The translations under genes and the position numbers were made by a program. DNA of 64,000 bases from the NCBI GenBank assembly GCA_026387935.1, contig JAPLKU010000022.1, forward strand, positions 520-64,519. Direction: 5' to 3'. The notes under the pieces were generated by a model, which was not told where the DNA came from, ran no database searches, and saw only the letters and a list, made by a program, of their open reading frames with translations. Each line of letters begins with the position of its first letter. Position 1 is the first letter of the stretch. Source of the stretch: Gemmatimonadota bacterium. Its GTDB lineage: Bacteria; Gemmatimonadota; Gemmatimonadetes; Gemmatimonadales; Gemmatimonadaceae. Below, one piece after another: positions 28,085 to 37,556 of this stretch.

Positions 28085-28468
28085 TCAACCAGCGCCCGTT
28101 TTTCCTCCCCCGTCTGCCCCGGCATCTCCCGCCGCACCGGCACCCGTTCCCTTCCCGTCACCGCTTTTGGCTACGCCACCGACAAGATCCGACGCCACCG
28201 ACTTCCCGGCGGCGGCAACCCCTCCCAGCACTCCCATCGCTTTGCTCATCAGCGACATCGTCTCCGCAACGGTCGACGCGGACACCTTTCCCGCGCGCAT
28301 CGTATCCTCGACGCCCTCGGCGAATCGCTGGAAAACATTTGGCGGCGCCGGCTTGGATTCGGCGTATTTCGACTCGAGGAACTCGATGTAATCGAGCACC
28401 TGGTACGCGCGCTCGTCGGACAGCGTCTCGAGTTTGCGTATGACGCGGTCGGTCAGGAACTGGTTCAT
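28085..28468 (-). CDS. hypothetical protein (helical N-terminus, Gly/Ala-rich tail)
   Basis: This is the only long ORF in the interval with GC-rich third codon positions. I recognise no family with confidence. Confidence 0.45.
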   Translation of the reverse strand: MNQFLTDRVIRKLETLSDERAYQVLDYIEFLESKYAESKPAPPNVFQRFAEGVEDTMRAGKVSASTVAETMSLMSKAMGVLGGVAAAGKSVASDLVGGVAKSGDGKGTGAGAAGDAGADGGGKTGAG

Positions 28469-28476
28469 TGGGGGCA

Positions 28477-28506
28477 GACGTTAGATGGTAGGACGGTAGA
28501 CGGTAG
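28477..28506 (-). repeat. tandem heptamers (GACGGTA-like) in the leader of the 28468 gene
   Basis: The plus strand reads GACGTTA GATGGTA G GACGGTA GACGGTA. The transcribed strand is C-rich (TACCGTC repeats) and lies 9-38 nt upstream of the ATG. Confidence 0.7.
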
Positions 28507-28511
28507 TGCGC

Positions 28512-29522
28512 TCACCCGCGCCAGCGTTTTCGCTCACCCCGTACATCAATGTGTACGTACGGAGCCACGCCGCGGTTACCGTACACCCCCATTCCGCCAA
28601 CCAGTTCTGGGTAGTCTCGCTCGACCAGCTCCACCGCACGGGCCATGGCGAGGATGTCGAAATACGACACGCGGCCATCTTGATCGGCATCCATCGCCAG
28701 ATCAATCGCATCGCCGTACTGGTGGCGGCTATCGCCGGCCGCCCGCGGAACCCGGCGGTTGTGGAGCGGCGTTCGGAACCCTGAATGGACGTTGACGGTC
28801 AAAATCCGCTCGCGCGCACCGAGCCGATCGAGCACCAGTTCGACTTTGTCGAGAATCCGACGGTCGAGCGCCAGATACTTGGGCCACTGTTCCTGCTGGG
28901 CGTCGTGCGTGATGAAGTCAGCGAGTTGCAGGTGGTTGCTCACCCAGAGCGGGGCGTCATCGGCCCACACCTCTACGAAGCCGAGCGGCGGCGGTGTGGC
29001 GTCGCCACGGGCGCGCTCCCAGCGATACGTGCCGATGCGGTAGCCATTGAGGCTTGACCCGAGCTTTTCGGAGAACGGAACGAGCACGGCGACGAGGATT
29101 TCGCTGACAATCGTCCGTTTGCCGTCGGCGATGACCGCCAGATGAAAGAGGCCCGACCGCTTGGGTGACCGCACACCGGCGCCGACGAGCTCGGTATCGG
29201 GCTCCACCGCCGCCGAGTCCGAGGCGCGCACCCACTGGTAGCGAGGCGCGGAGGTGTTCAGCTGCAGTTGCATGGGAAACTCGAACGGCTCGCCGGGCAG
29301 CTTGAGTTGGAGCCGCACCTCGCCACTCCTGCCACGCGCAGACGGCGCGAGCGAGACCGGCGGTCGCGCCGGTTCGCCGCCAAAGACCGTGCCGAGAAGT
29401 TTGCTGGGCGGAAACGTGACGAGCACGGCCACCACGACGATGGCAATCACGCCGACCACGATCGCGCGCTTGTACGACCAACGCTCGTCGGCGCGGTCGG
29501 GCGGAATCAGGTGGCTGGTCAT
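28512..29522 (-). CDS. membrane-anchored peptidase M15A / DUF882-like cell-wall hydrolase
   Basis: The start is ATG 29522, followed by a TM helix (VVGVIAIVVVAVLV). The C-terminal metal motif is HSGFRTP...HQYGDAIDL...YVHIDVRG. Confidence 0.65.
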   Translation of the reverse strand: MTSHLIPPDRADERWSYKRAIVVGVIAIVVVAVLVTFPPSKLLGTVFGGEPARPPVSLAPSARGRSGEVRLQLKLPGEPFEFPMQLQLNTSAPRYQWVRASDSAAVEPDTELVGAGVRSPKRSGLFHLAVIADGKRTIVSEILVAVLVPFSEKLGSSLNGYRIGTYRWERARGDATPPPLGFVEVWADDAPLWVSNHLQLADFITHDAQQEQWPKYLALDRRILDKVELVLDRLGARERILTVNVHSGFRTPLHNRRVPRAAGDSRHQYGDAIDLAMDADQDGRVSYFDILAMARAVELVERDYPELVGGMGVYGNRGVAPYVHIDVRGERKRWRG

Positions 29523-29574
29523 GCGGTGTGGAACCCGCCAGTCGCACGCAGGCCGAGTCGCGGCGCGGCCACGA

Positions 29575-30633
29575 TCAACGCTTGGCGATCGAGAGCAAAT
29601 CCAGAATAGGCGAACCCGAGGGCTCGCTGCGCCCGCTGCGCACACGCGCCGTGATGCTCACTTTGGCGAGCGGTGGCATGGCGCGCGCTTCCGCGAGGAG
29701 CGCGCCGGGCACGGCCAGATAGAGAATCGCGTTTTCCTGTCCCGGGCCGCGCGCCAGCAAATAGGGCTCATCGCGCAGGAGTTCAACGCGGAGCGGGTCG
29801 GCAATTTGCAGCGACATCACCTCGACCTCCCACTGCACGACACGTCCCTTCATTGCCTGCGGATCGGCTCGCAGGTCCGCGGCGGTCACCGACGGCGGTG
29901 CTGCCGACTCGCCGGTGACGAGATCCTTTTCCGGAATCCAGCCGTCGACACGCACGCGGACCCAACCGAACTGACGCGCAATGACTGCGACCGAACTGCC
30001 GCCAGCGATTCCGCCGAGCACACGGCCAACGGGCAGATCTCGAAAGCGCGTGCCGGTGGACGAAATCGTGCCGCTCGGTTTTCCGCTCGCGCCGGCTTTT
30101 GCCGGTGCATCCGGAGCATCCGGTGCATCCGGTGGGACTGCACTGCTCGCGGCCGGGGCAGTTGCGCCCGCCGAGCTTGGCGCGGCAGCCTTGGTCGCGC
30201 CCCGCGCACTGCTGGCCGCGACAGACTTCTGCACCGCGGCCGTGGCAATCCACGCTGAGCGTCGCACACGCGTCCAGGCGCCATCGCGACTGACGGTGTG
30301 CAAGCCGGTGCCGGGCTGCAGCACGGCCATGACGGCGCCCTTGGACGACGGCTGAGCGCGAAGGCGGAGTGTGAGCCGGCCGGACACAGAGGCCGGAAAG
30401 CTGTCGCGCTTGGCCCCCAGCCTCGAGGCATCCACCCATCCGTCGAATGTCACCAAGGTTTCCGTGCCCGTCGCGGCGCCGGTGGTCAGCTTGATGCCCG
30501 GCGAGAGTAACGCGACAACCGACCCACCGGGCCGGCCGCGCACATCGGTGGCCAGCGCAAGCGTGACCTGGGCGCGCATTGGCGCGGCGGAGGCCACCAG
30601 AGAGAGAACGAGGGCTGAAATCGCGAGGCGCAT
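29575..30633 (-). CDS. secreted protein with SH3b-like repeats
   Basis: The start is ATG 30633, with signal peptide ...APMRA|QV. Segments of the type LRLRAQPSSKGAVMAVLQPGTGLHTVSRDGAWTRVR are repeated, and there is an internal PDAPDAPDAP repeat. Confidence 0.55.
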   Translation of the reverse strand: MRLAISALVLSLVASAAPMRAQVTLALATDVRGRPGGSVVALLSPGIKLTTGAATGTETLVTFDGWVDASRLGAKRDSFPASVSGRLTLRLRAQPSSKGAVMAVLQPGTGLHTVSRDGAWTRVRRSAWIATAAVQKSVAASSARGATKAAAPSSAGATAPAASSAVPPDAPDAPDAPAKAGASGKPSGTISSTGTRFRDLPVGRVLGGIAGGSSVAVIARQFGWVRVRVDGWIPEKDLVTGESAAPPSVTAADLRADPQAMKGRVVQWEVEVMSLQIADPLRVELLRDEPYLLARGPGQENAILYLAVPGALLAEARAMPPLAKVSITARVRSGRSEPSGSPILDLLSIAKR

Positions 30634-30774
30634 CGCTGGAAGGGCTGCGTCACAGAAACTACATTGCATCGCGCATCGAGCGCTGCCGGCGCCGCGTCAG
30701 GCGCCGTTACAAACTGTGAGTGGCGCCCACTCGCAGACGCCTCAACATACCCACTCACCGGCTCCCGGTCTACG

Positions 30775-32331
30775 ATGTCTCGCGCCGCACAGCGCCCAGT
30801 GGTGCTCCTCGTCCTCGACGGTTGGGGCTATCGCCCTCAGCCTGAGGGGAACGCGATTGCGCACGCGCAGGTGCCCGTGTGGAATCGCCTCTGGAACCGA
30901 GCCCCGCGCACATTGCTCGACGCCTCGGGCCTGGCCGTCGGGCTGCCAGCAGGCCAGATCGGCAACAGCGAGGTTGGGCACCTGAACCTGGGCGCCGGCC
31001 GTGTGGTCACGCAGGATCTGCCGCGCATTTCAGAGGCGATCCGGAGCGGCGATTTCTATCGCAATGACGTGCTGCGTTCCGCCTGCGCGAACGCCAAGGC
31101 ATCGGGCGGCACGCTGCATCTGATGGGACTCGTGGGTGAGGGCGGAGTGCACGCGCACCAGTCGCATGCCGTCGCACTTGTTGAACTCGCCCATCGCGAA
31201 GGCGTTCCGCGGATCGCCCTGCACTGCCTGCTCGACGGCCGCGACACGATGCCCACCTCCGGACTCGGCTACCTCACCGATCTCGCTGCCGCCATCAAGG
31301 GCCGCGCTGTAATCGCGAGTGTGGGCGGGCGTTATCTCGGCATGGATCGTGACAACCGCTGGCCGCGGATCGAGAAGTGGTACCGCGCCTCGGTGGACGG
31401 CACCGCGCCTCAGGCGACGGATGCGCTGCAGGTGGTGCGCGACGCCTACGCGCGCGGCGAAACCGACGAGTTTGTCACGCCGATGACCATCGCCGCGAAT
31501 GGCGTTCCGGTCGCGCCGATGCGCGATGGCGACGCCGTGATCTTCTGGAACTACCGCTCGGATCGTATGCGGCAGATCGTTCGCGCCCTGACCGTGGAGG
31601 GGTTCGACGGCTTTGCCACGGCGCCGCGCCCCAAGGTGCAGGTCGCCACGATGACGCAGTATGACGCGACCTTTCGCGTGCCGTCGGCATTCGCGCCAAA
31701 CTCTATGGCGAAGATCGTGGCCGAGGTGCTCTGCGACTCGGGCATGTCGACCCTGCGGACGGCAGAAACCGAGAAGTATGCCCATGTGACATACTTCTTC
31801 AACGGCGGGGTGGAGATTCCCTACCGGGGCGAGGAACGGATCCTCGTGCCGAGCCAACAGGTGGCGACGTATGACCTGGCGCCGGAAATGAGCGCGTTTG
31901 GTATCACGGATGTGCTCTGCAAGTCGATCGAGGCCGGGAGCCACGAATTCACGCTATGCAACTATGCGAACGGTGACATGGTAGGACATACGGGAAACTT
32001 CGCGGCCACGGTGCGGGCCTGCGAAGTGGTGGACGAATGCCTTGCGCGCATTGTCGCGAGCGCCGAACGCACCGGCGCGCGGCTACTGATTACGGCTGAC
32101 CATGGGAACTGCGAAATGATGATTGATCCGGCGACCGGCGGGCCGCATACCGCCCACACCACCAACCCGGTGCCCTTCCTGCTGGTTGACCCAACCGCCA
32201 CGAACGGCATGGTGTCGCTCCGGAGCGGTGGCACACTGAGCGACGTGGGCCCGACGATCCTCGGCATGCTTGGCGTGGAACTGCCGGCCGAGATGACGGG
32301 GCGTGACCTGCGCGCGAAGGTGGCCGCATGA
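30775..32331 (+). CDS. gpmI: 2,3-bisphosphoglycerate-independent phosphoglycerate mutase
   Basis: The start is ATG 30775. It has VLLVLDGWGY and ITADHGN, with length typical of iPGM. Confidence 0.9.
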   Translation: MSRAAQRPVVLLVLDGWGYRPQPEGNAIAHAQVPVWNRLWNRAPRTLLDASGLAVGLPAGQIGNSEVGHLNLGAGRVVTQDLPRISEAIRSGDFYRNDVLRSACANAKASGGTLHLMGLVGEGGVHAHQSHAVALVELAHREGVPRIALHCLLDGRDTMPTSGLGYLTDLAAAIKGRAVIASVGGRYLGMDRDNRWPRIEKWYRASVDGTAPQATDALQVVRDAYARGETDEFVTPMTIAANGVPVAPMRDGDAVIFWNYRSDRMRQIVRALTVEGFDGFATAPRPKVQVATMTQYDATFRVPSAFAPNSMAKIVAEVLCDSGMSTLRTAETEKYAHVTYFFNGGVEIPYRGEERILVPSQQVATYDLAPEMSAFGITDVLCKSIEAGSHEFTLCNYANGDMVGHTGNFAATVRACEVVDECLARIVASAERTGARLLITADHGNCEMMIDPATGGPHTAHTTNPVPFLLVDPTATNGMVSLRSGGTLSDVGPTILGMLGVELPAEMTGRDLRAKVAA

Positions 32332-33038
32332 GAATGACTCGTGTTGTGCTCGGCGTCGTCGCGGCGGTGATCAGCGCGACGCCGATGGCCGCGCAGGAAG
32401 TCGTCGGCAAACTTCCTCCGCAGAGCACGCTACAGGACCTGAATGACGGCCAACGCTGGGGACTTTTCGCTGGCTGGCTGACAACCGGGCGCGATCCGGT
32501 CGGCATTCGCGGCAATTCAGCCCCGATCGTGGGTGCGCGGTACGATCTGCTGATGGGCTCGCCGGCCTACCTCTCGATGCGACTTTACGGTGTAAAGTCG
32601 ACGCATGCCGTCATCAACCCGAACGCCCCGTTGGCGACGCGGTTCAGTGGCGCAACGGCGTCGTCCAACCAGATTGGCGCCGATGCGAGTGTCGAAATCT
32701 CGCTCACGGGCGAACGCACCTGGTACGGACTGCAGCCGCTCACGCGGGTTGGGATCGGATTCATTTCCGGCGTGATCGGGAACAGCTTTGATCTCGGTGG
32801 CTACAAGCCCGGCACGAGCGTGGTCTACCTCTACGGACTTGGCGCGCGCTGGCCGATGGGCAAGAACGGCGACTTCCGTGTGGACGCGAACTGGATGGTC
32901 TATCAGGTGCGCTATCCGCAGGCGTATCACATGTCCACCAGCGCTGACGCCGCCGCCGTGCCCGGTTCGGGAACGCTGACGCCGCTCACGAACAACCGGG
33001 CAATTACGGCATCCTGGACCTGGGGCATCTTCAGGTGA
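32328..33038 (+). CDS. hypothetical secreted / outer-membrane beta-barrel-like protein
   Basis: The ATG overlaps the gpmI stop. It has signal peptide ...TPMAA|QE, alternating beta-strand-like composition, and a C-terminal aromatic residue (..WGIFR). Confidence 0.5.
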   Translation: MRMTRVVLGVVAAVISATPMAAQEVVGKLPPQSTLQDLNDGQRWGLFAGWLTTGRDPVGIRGNSAPIVGARYDLLMGSPAYLSMRLYGVKSTHAVINPNAPLATRFSGATASSNQIGADASVEISLTGERTWYGLQPLTRVGIGFISGVIGNSFDLGGYKPGTSVVYLYGLGARWPMGKNGDFRVDANWMVYQVRYPQAYHMSTSADAAAVPGSGTLTPLTNNRAITASWTWGIFR

Positions 33039-33070
33039 TGGCCCTCGGCGCGCACCGGGTGCCGCGCTAG

Positions 33071-33502
33071 ATGCGCGGCGCATCGCTAACGCGCCGGGTG
33101 AGGTTCACCGCCACCCACCGCTACTGGCGTCCCGAGTGGGACGACGCGCGCAATCGCGCCACCTTCGGCGCCTGCGCCGCCCCTGAGCCCCATGGGCACG
33201 ATTACGCCTGCGACGTCACGGTCGGTGGCGAGATACCCGCGAAGACCGGCATGGTGATTGACCTCGCCGTCCTTGACCGCGTACTCAACGAAGAGATTGT
33301 CGCGCCGCTGCACGGCCGCTCGCTCAACGATGCGGTCGCGGAGTTCGCCGCTGGCGCGCGCATTCCCACCTGTGAAGAACTCGCCCGGCTCATTGCCACG
33401 CGTGTCGGAAACGCCCTCGTCGCCGCCCGGACGGGGGCGCTCGTGCTCAGCGTACGCGTGGCCGAAGACGATTCGCTGAGTGCGAGCTGGACCGAGCGTT
33501 GA
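33071..33502 (+). CDS. queD: 6-carboxytetrahydropterin synthase (PTPS/QueD family)
   Basis: It has FTATHRY and the HGHDY zinc/catalytic motifs, with size typical of QueD. Confidence 0.8.
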   Translation: MRGASLTRRVRFTATHRYWRPEWDDARNRATFGACAAPEPHGHDYACDVTVGGEIPAKTGMVIDLAVLDRVLNEEIVAPLHGRSLNDAVAEFAAGARIPTCEELARLIATRVGNALVAARTGALVLSVRVAEDDSLSASWTER

Positions 33503-34119
33503 CGCCTCGACTGTCGGCGCGCCGCTGTGCAGGCGCCATCCTCGCGGGCGGCCAAGGTTCGCGAATGGGTGGCGCACCGAAAGGGCTGATGGAAATCGGC
33601 GGATCCCGGTTGATTGACCGCGTCGCCGCCGCGCTGCGCCCCGTCACGGACGAACTGATGCTGGTCGCCAACGAACCGTCTGCCGACGCATGGCTCCCCG
33701 GCATCCGGCGCGTCGCCGACGTGCAACGTGGACTTGGCGCGCTCAGCGGTATTCACGCCGCGCTGTCCGCCAGTGATACCGATGTCCTTGTTGTCGCCTG
33801 GGACGCGCCGTTCGTTCCGGCCGGTCTGTTGCGCGAACTCCGTGCCGCAGGCGAGCGGCATGGCGCCGGGATGGCCGCACCATTGAGCAAATCCCCGTGG
33901 GGGTTCGAGCCACTCTGCGCCTGGTTCGCACATGATGCCTTGCATGCCACCGGCACGCTGCTCGGCGCCAACGATGGGCGCGTTGGCGCGCTGGCCGAAC
34001 GGCTGCAATTGGTCACCGTGGACGCCGCGTCGTGGGGTGATCCAGATGACATCTTTTTCAACGTGAATACGCCAGACGATTTCGTGCGGGCGGCGGAAAT
34101 CGCCGCGCGCCTCAGCTGA
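33499..34119 (+). CDS. mobA: molybdenum cofactor guanylyltransferase
   Basis: The start overlaps the queD stop. The N-terminal motif is LAGGQGSRMGGAPKGL. Confidence 0.8.
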   Translation: MTPRLSARRCAGAILAGGQGSRMGGAPKGLMEIGGSRLIDRVAAALRPVTDELMLVANEPSADAWLPGIRRVADVQRGLGALSGIHAALSASDTDVLVVAWDAPFVPAGLLRELRAAGERHGAGMAAPLSKSPWGFEPLCAWFAHDALHATGTLLGANDGRVGALAERLQLVTVDAASWGDPDDIFFNVNTPDDFVRAAEIAARLS

Positions 34120-35468
34120 TGGCGCTGCGTCCCGTTGGGAATTGTGCGGCGCTGGCCGGGGCATTGTTGCTGGCCGCAGGCTGCGCCGCCGCCGCCGTCA
34201 GCGGGGCACCAGCTCCGATCGGACCCACACCGCTCAGCGTCACGGCTTTTACGCGACTGGTTGATTCGATGGTCCTCGCACCTGCGTTCGCGAACGCGCA
34301 CTGGGGCGTGTTGATCGTCGATCCGACTGCGGGCGACACGCTCTATTCACGGAACGCGGGCAAGCTCTTCATGCCCGCGTCGAACCAGAAACTCCTGACC
34401 GGCGCAACGGCGCTCACACTCCTCGGCCCGGATTATCGCTTTCGCACACAGTTCTCTGCCGCCGGGCGCATCACGAACGGAGCGCTGAACGGCGACCTCA
34501 TCGTCACCGGCTCTGGCGACCCCACGTTTTCTGATACGATGTGGAATGGCGATCACCGGAATGCATTCCGCGCCATGGCCGATTCGCTGCTCGCGCATGG
34601 GGTGCAACACATTACGGGCTCGTTGCTGCGCGGCAGCACGCCGTTTCCGGACAATGCGTGCGGGTATGGTTGGGAGCTCGACGATCTCGACGAAGCCTAC
34701 GGCGCCTGCGTGCAGGATCTGTTCGTCAACGAGGGGTACACGCGCGTCGCGCGCGCGCGCTTTCCGGGCGACACGGTCATGACGGTCGTGGCGATCCGCG
34801 ATCCGCGCGGCGCGTTCTTCGGCGCGCTGCGCTCGGCGTTTGTGGAGCGCGGCGTAACGATGGCCGGCTACGTGGACACCTTGCGCGTGGCCTCTGGCAC
34901 ACGGCTACCGCCGATCTTCGCCATGCGATCGCCGCCGCTGTCCGCGATTGTGAAGCGGATGATGAAACCGTCGCAGAACCAGGTCGCCGAACTGCTGTAC
35001 AAGACGCTCGGCCGCGAAAAGGGTGGCGCCGGCACGGCCGACAGTGCGCGCCGCGTGGTGGAACGCCAGTTGCGCGCCTGGGGAATCGACACGCTGGGGT
35101 TCGCCGTGCGTGACGGCAGTGGCATGTCGCGGCACGACTTCATCGCGCCAAACACGATCATTCGTGTCCTCGATGTGATGCGCCGCAGCGAGCACTTCAC
35201 GCTCTGGTACGACGCGCTGCCCATTGCCGGCGTCGATGGCACGATTGCCAGCCGCATGCGTGGCACGCCCGCACAGGGCAATGTGCATGCGAAGACGGGA
35301 ACGGTGGACAAGGCGCGCTCGCTTTCCGGTTATGTCACCACGACTGACGGCCGCCTGCTCGAGTTCAGCTTCCTCTGCAACAACTTCACGACGCCTAATC
35401 GAGCCGTGGAACAGGTGCAGGATGCGATCCTCGTATCGCTCGCTGGGCGCCCGCGCCCAACGAAGTAG
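34119..35468 (+). CDS. dacB: D-alanyl-D-alanine carboxypeptidase/endopeptidase (PBP4, S13 family) lipoprotein
   Basis: It has the lipobox LLAAGC, the active-site segment MPASNQK, and KTGT. Confidence 0.85.
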   Translation: MALRPVGNCAALAGALLLAAGCAAAAVSGAPAPIGPTPLSVTAFTRLVDSMVLAPAFANAHWGVLIVDPTAGDTLYSRNAGKLFMPASNQKLLTGATALTLLGPDYRFRTQFSAAGRITNGALNGDLIVTGSGDPTFSDTMWNGDHRNAFRAMADSLLAHGVQHITGSLLRGSTPFPDNACGYGWELDDLDEAYGACVQDLFVNEGYTRVARARFPGDTVMTVVAIRDPRGAFFGALRSAFVERGVTMAGYVDTLRVASGTRLPPIFAMRSPPLSAIVKRMMKPSQNQVAELLYKTLGREKGGAGTADSARRVVERQLRAWGIDTLGFAVRDGSGMSRHDFIAPNTIIRVLDVMRRSEHFTLWYDALPIAGVDGTIASRMRGTPAQGNVHAKTGTVDKARSLSGYVTTTDGRLLEFSFLCNNFTTPNRAVEQVQDAILVSLAGRPRPTK

Positions 35469-35474
35469 GCACTC

Positions 35475-36746
35475 GTGGCTGACGAATCACTGAAGGTTTC
35501 GCTTGAAGTCGCCGACGCTGTCGCGCGCGTGGTAGCAGCGATCTCCTGTCTTTCCGTCGAGCGCGTGCCGTTGTCGAGCGCACGAGGCCGCGTGCTGGCA
35601 TCACCAGTCGTATCGCGCGTGTCGCTGCCTCCCTGGGACAACTCGGCGATGGATGGCTACGCTGTTCGCGCGGAAGACATCGCCGCGATTCCGACCACGC
35701 TCCGTGTGCTGGAAACCGTCGCGGCAGGACAATTTCCAACGCAGCCGGTGGCGAAGGGCACGGCGATTCGCATCATGACCGGCGCGCCGACTCCAGCCGG
35801 CGCCGATACGGTCGTTCGCGTCGATGACACCGACGGCGGACGCGAGCGCGTCGTCGTTCGTCTCAACCGCGATGCGCGAAAGAACGTGCGTCCGCGCGGC
35901 GAGGATATCATTGCGGGCCGCGAGGCCCTCGCCGCCGGCACGACGCTTGGGCCCGCGCAGAGGGGCGGGCTGGCGGCGGTCGGCACAATCGACGTGGACG
36001 TTTACCGAGTGCCACGGGTCGCGATCCTCACCTCGGGCGACGAGTTGGTCACCACCGATCGGTTTGACGAAGTGCTGGCCGGCAAGAAGATCGTGTCGTC
36101 CAACAGTGTCACGCTGCACGAGCTCGTGCGCGACGCCGGCGCCGAACCGGTAGACCTCGGCATTGCCGCCGACACGCCGGCCTCGCTGCGTGAGCATCTC
36201 GCGCGCGCCGTGGCGCCGCCGGGTGCAGACCTGATCATCACGTCTGGCGGGATTTCCGTGGGCGAATTCGATTTCATGCGTCCTGTGCTCGCCGAACTCG
36301 GCGCGTCGCTCGACTTCTGGCGTGTGCGGATGCGTCCTGGAGCGCCAATTGGATTCGGCATGCTCGGCACAACGCCCTGGCTTGGGCTTCCGGGGAATCC
36401 CGTGTCGACGATGGTCACCTTCGAGCTCTTTGCGCGACCGGCGATTCGAAAGATGCGCGGCCACGCAGCACTCTTTCGGTCGCCAATTCCGGTCACTGTC
36501 GAGGAACCGATTTCGGTGAGTGTGGAGCTGACGCATTTCCTTCGCGCCGTGGTAACGCGGCACGACGACGGCCACCGCACCGCGCGGCTGACCGGTTCAC
36601 AAAGCTCGGGTATTCTCTCGTCCATGGCGCTCGCGAATGCGCTCGTGATCGTGCCGCGCGGCACGTTGCAGGTGGCGGCAGGCGCGACGTTGATGGCGAT
36701 TCCGCTTGGCGTGGAGGGCGCATTCGACGAGCGCTTCAGCGCGTGA
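35475..36746 (+). CDS. moeA: molybdopterin molybdenumtransferase
   Basis: The MoeA fold motifs PPWDNSAMDGYAV and IITSGGISVGEFD are present. Confidence 0.9.
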   Translation: MADESLKVSLEVADAVARVVAAISCLSVERVPLSSARGRVLASPVVSRVSLPPWDNSAMDGYAVRAEDIAAIPTTLRVLETVAAGQFPTQPVAKGTAIRIMTGAPTPAGADTVVRVDDTDGGRERVVVRLNRDARKNVRPRGEDIIAGREALAAGTTLGPAQRGGLAAVGTIDVDVYRVPRVAILTSGDELVTTDRFDEVLAGKKIVSSNSVTLHELVRDAGAEPVDLGIAADTPASLREHLARAVAPPGADLIITSGGISVGEFDFMRPVLAELGASLDFWRVRMRPGAPIGFGMLGTTPWLGLPGNPVSTMVTFELFARPAIRKMRGHAALFRSPIPVTVEEPISVSVELTHFLRAVVTRHDDGHRTARLTGSQSSGILSSMALANALVIVPRGTLQVAAGATLMAIPLGVEGAFDERFSA

Positions 36747-37441
36747 CGGAACCCGTGGCTTCGCTCGCCGACTTGCCCTTTGAACTCGCGGCGCTCGATC
36801 ACCGACATGTGATGGCGTTCACCGACGTGGTGCTGCCGAGTGGGCCGGTGCATCTCGAACATCCGCGCAACGCGGACGATCTGATTACGGAAGCGGATTA
36901 CGTGATGGACGAACGGCTGCCCTACTGGGCCGACCTCTGGCCGTCGGCGCTGTCGTTCGCGCGAATCTTTCCCGACATCACGCCGCAAGCCGGGCGCATG
37001 CTCGAACTGGGCTGCGGCCTCGGCCTCGTGACCATCGCGGGACTCCGCGCCGGCCATGAGGTGACCGCGACGGACTACTACGACGACGCCCTGCTCTTCA
37101 CGCAGCGAAACGCGATTCGCGTCACCGGCAAAACGCCGGAGACGCGTATGGCCGACTGGCGACACTGGCCGACCGATCTTGGCCGATTTGACCTCATCGT
37201 GGCTTCCGACATTCTCTATGAGCGGTCGTACGCGCCGTTGGTGGCGGGGATTATTGAGTCCTCACTCGCGCCAGGGGGTGTCGTGTTCGTGGCGGATCCG
37301 GGCCGCATCGGCATGGATGACTTTCGCGCCGAGTGCGCGGAGCGAAACTTGGTGATCGGCGAGAAACTGAAGGTTCCATATCAGGATGGAGCAATCAATC
37401 AGGTGATCACGATTCACGAGATCCGACGGGAAGCGATGTGA
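36743..37441 (+). CDS. class I SAM-dependent methyltransferase (protein-lysine methyltransferase-like)
   Basis: GTG 36743 overlaps the moeA stop. It has PYWADLWPS and the SAM motif LELGCGLGLV. Confidence 0.7.
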   Translation: MTEPVASLADLPFELAALDHRHVMAFTDVVLPSGPVHLEHPRNADDLITEADYVMDERLPYWADLWPSALSFARIFPDITPQAGRMLELGCGLGLVTIAGLRAGHEVTATDYYDDALLFTQRNAIRVTGKTPETRMADWRHWPTDLGRFDLIVASDILYERSYAPLVAGIIESSLAPGGVVFVADPGRIGMDDFRAECAERNLVIGEKLKVPYQDGAINQVITIHEIRREAM

Positions 37442-37556
37442 TCCTCGAGCAGGCGGTGCGCGCGGCGGCGAATGCGCCCGCGGAGCCGAAGATCAGGGCC
37501 GGATCATCATGAACAGTGCGCCGCCAAGGGTTGCGAGACGACCAATCGGATAGGCA

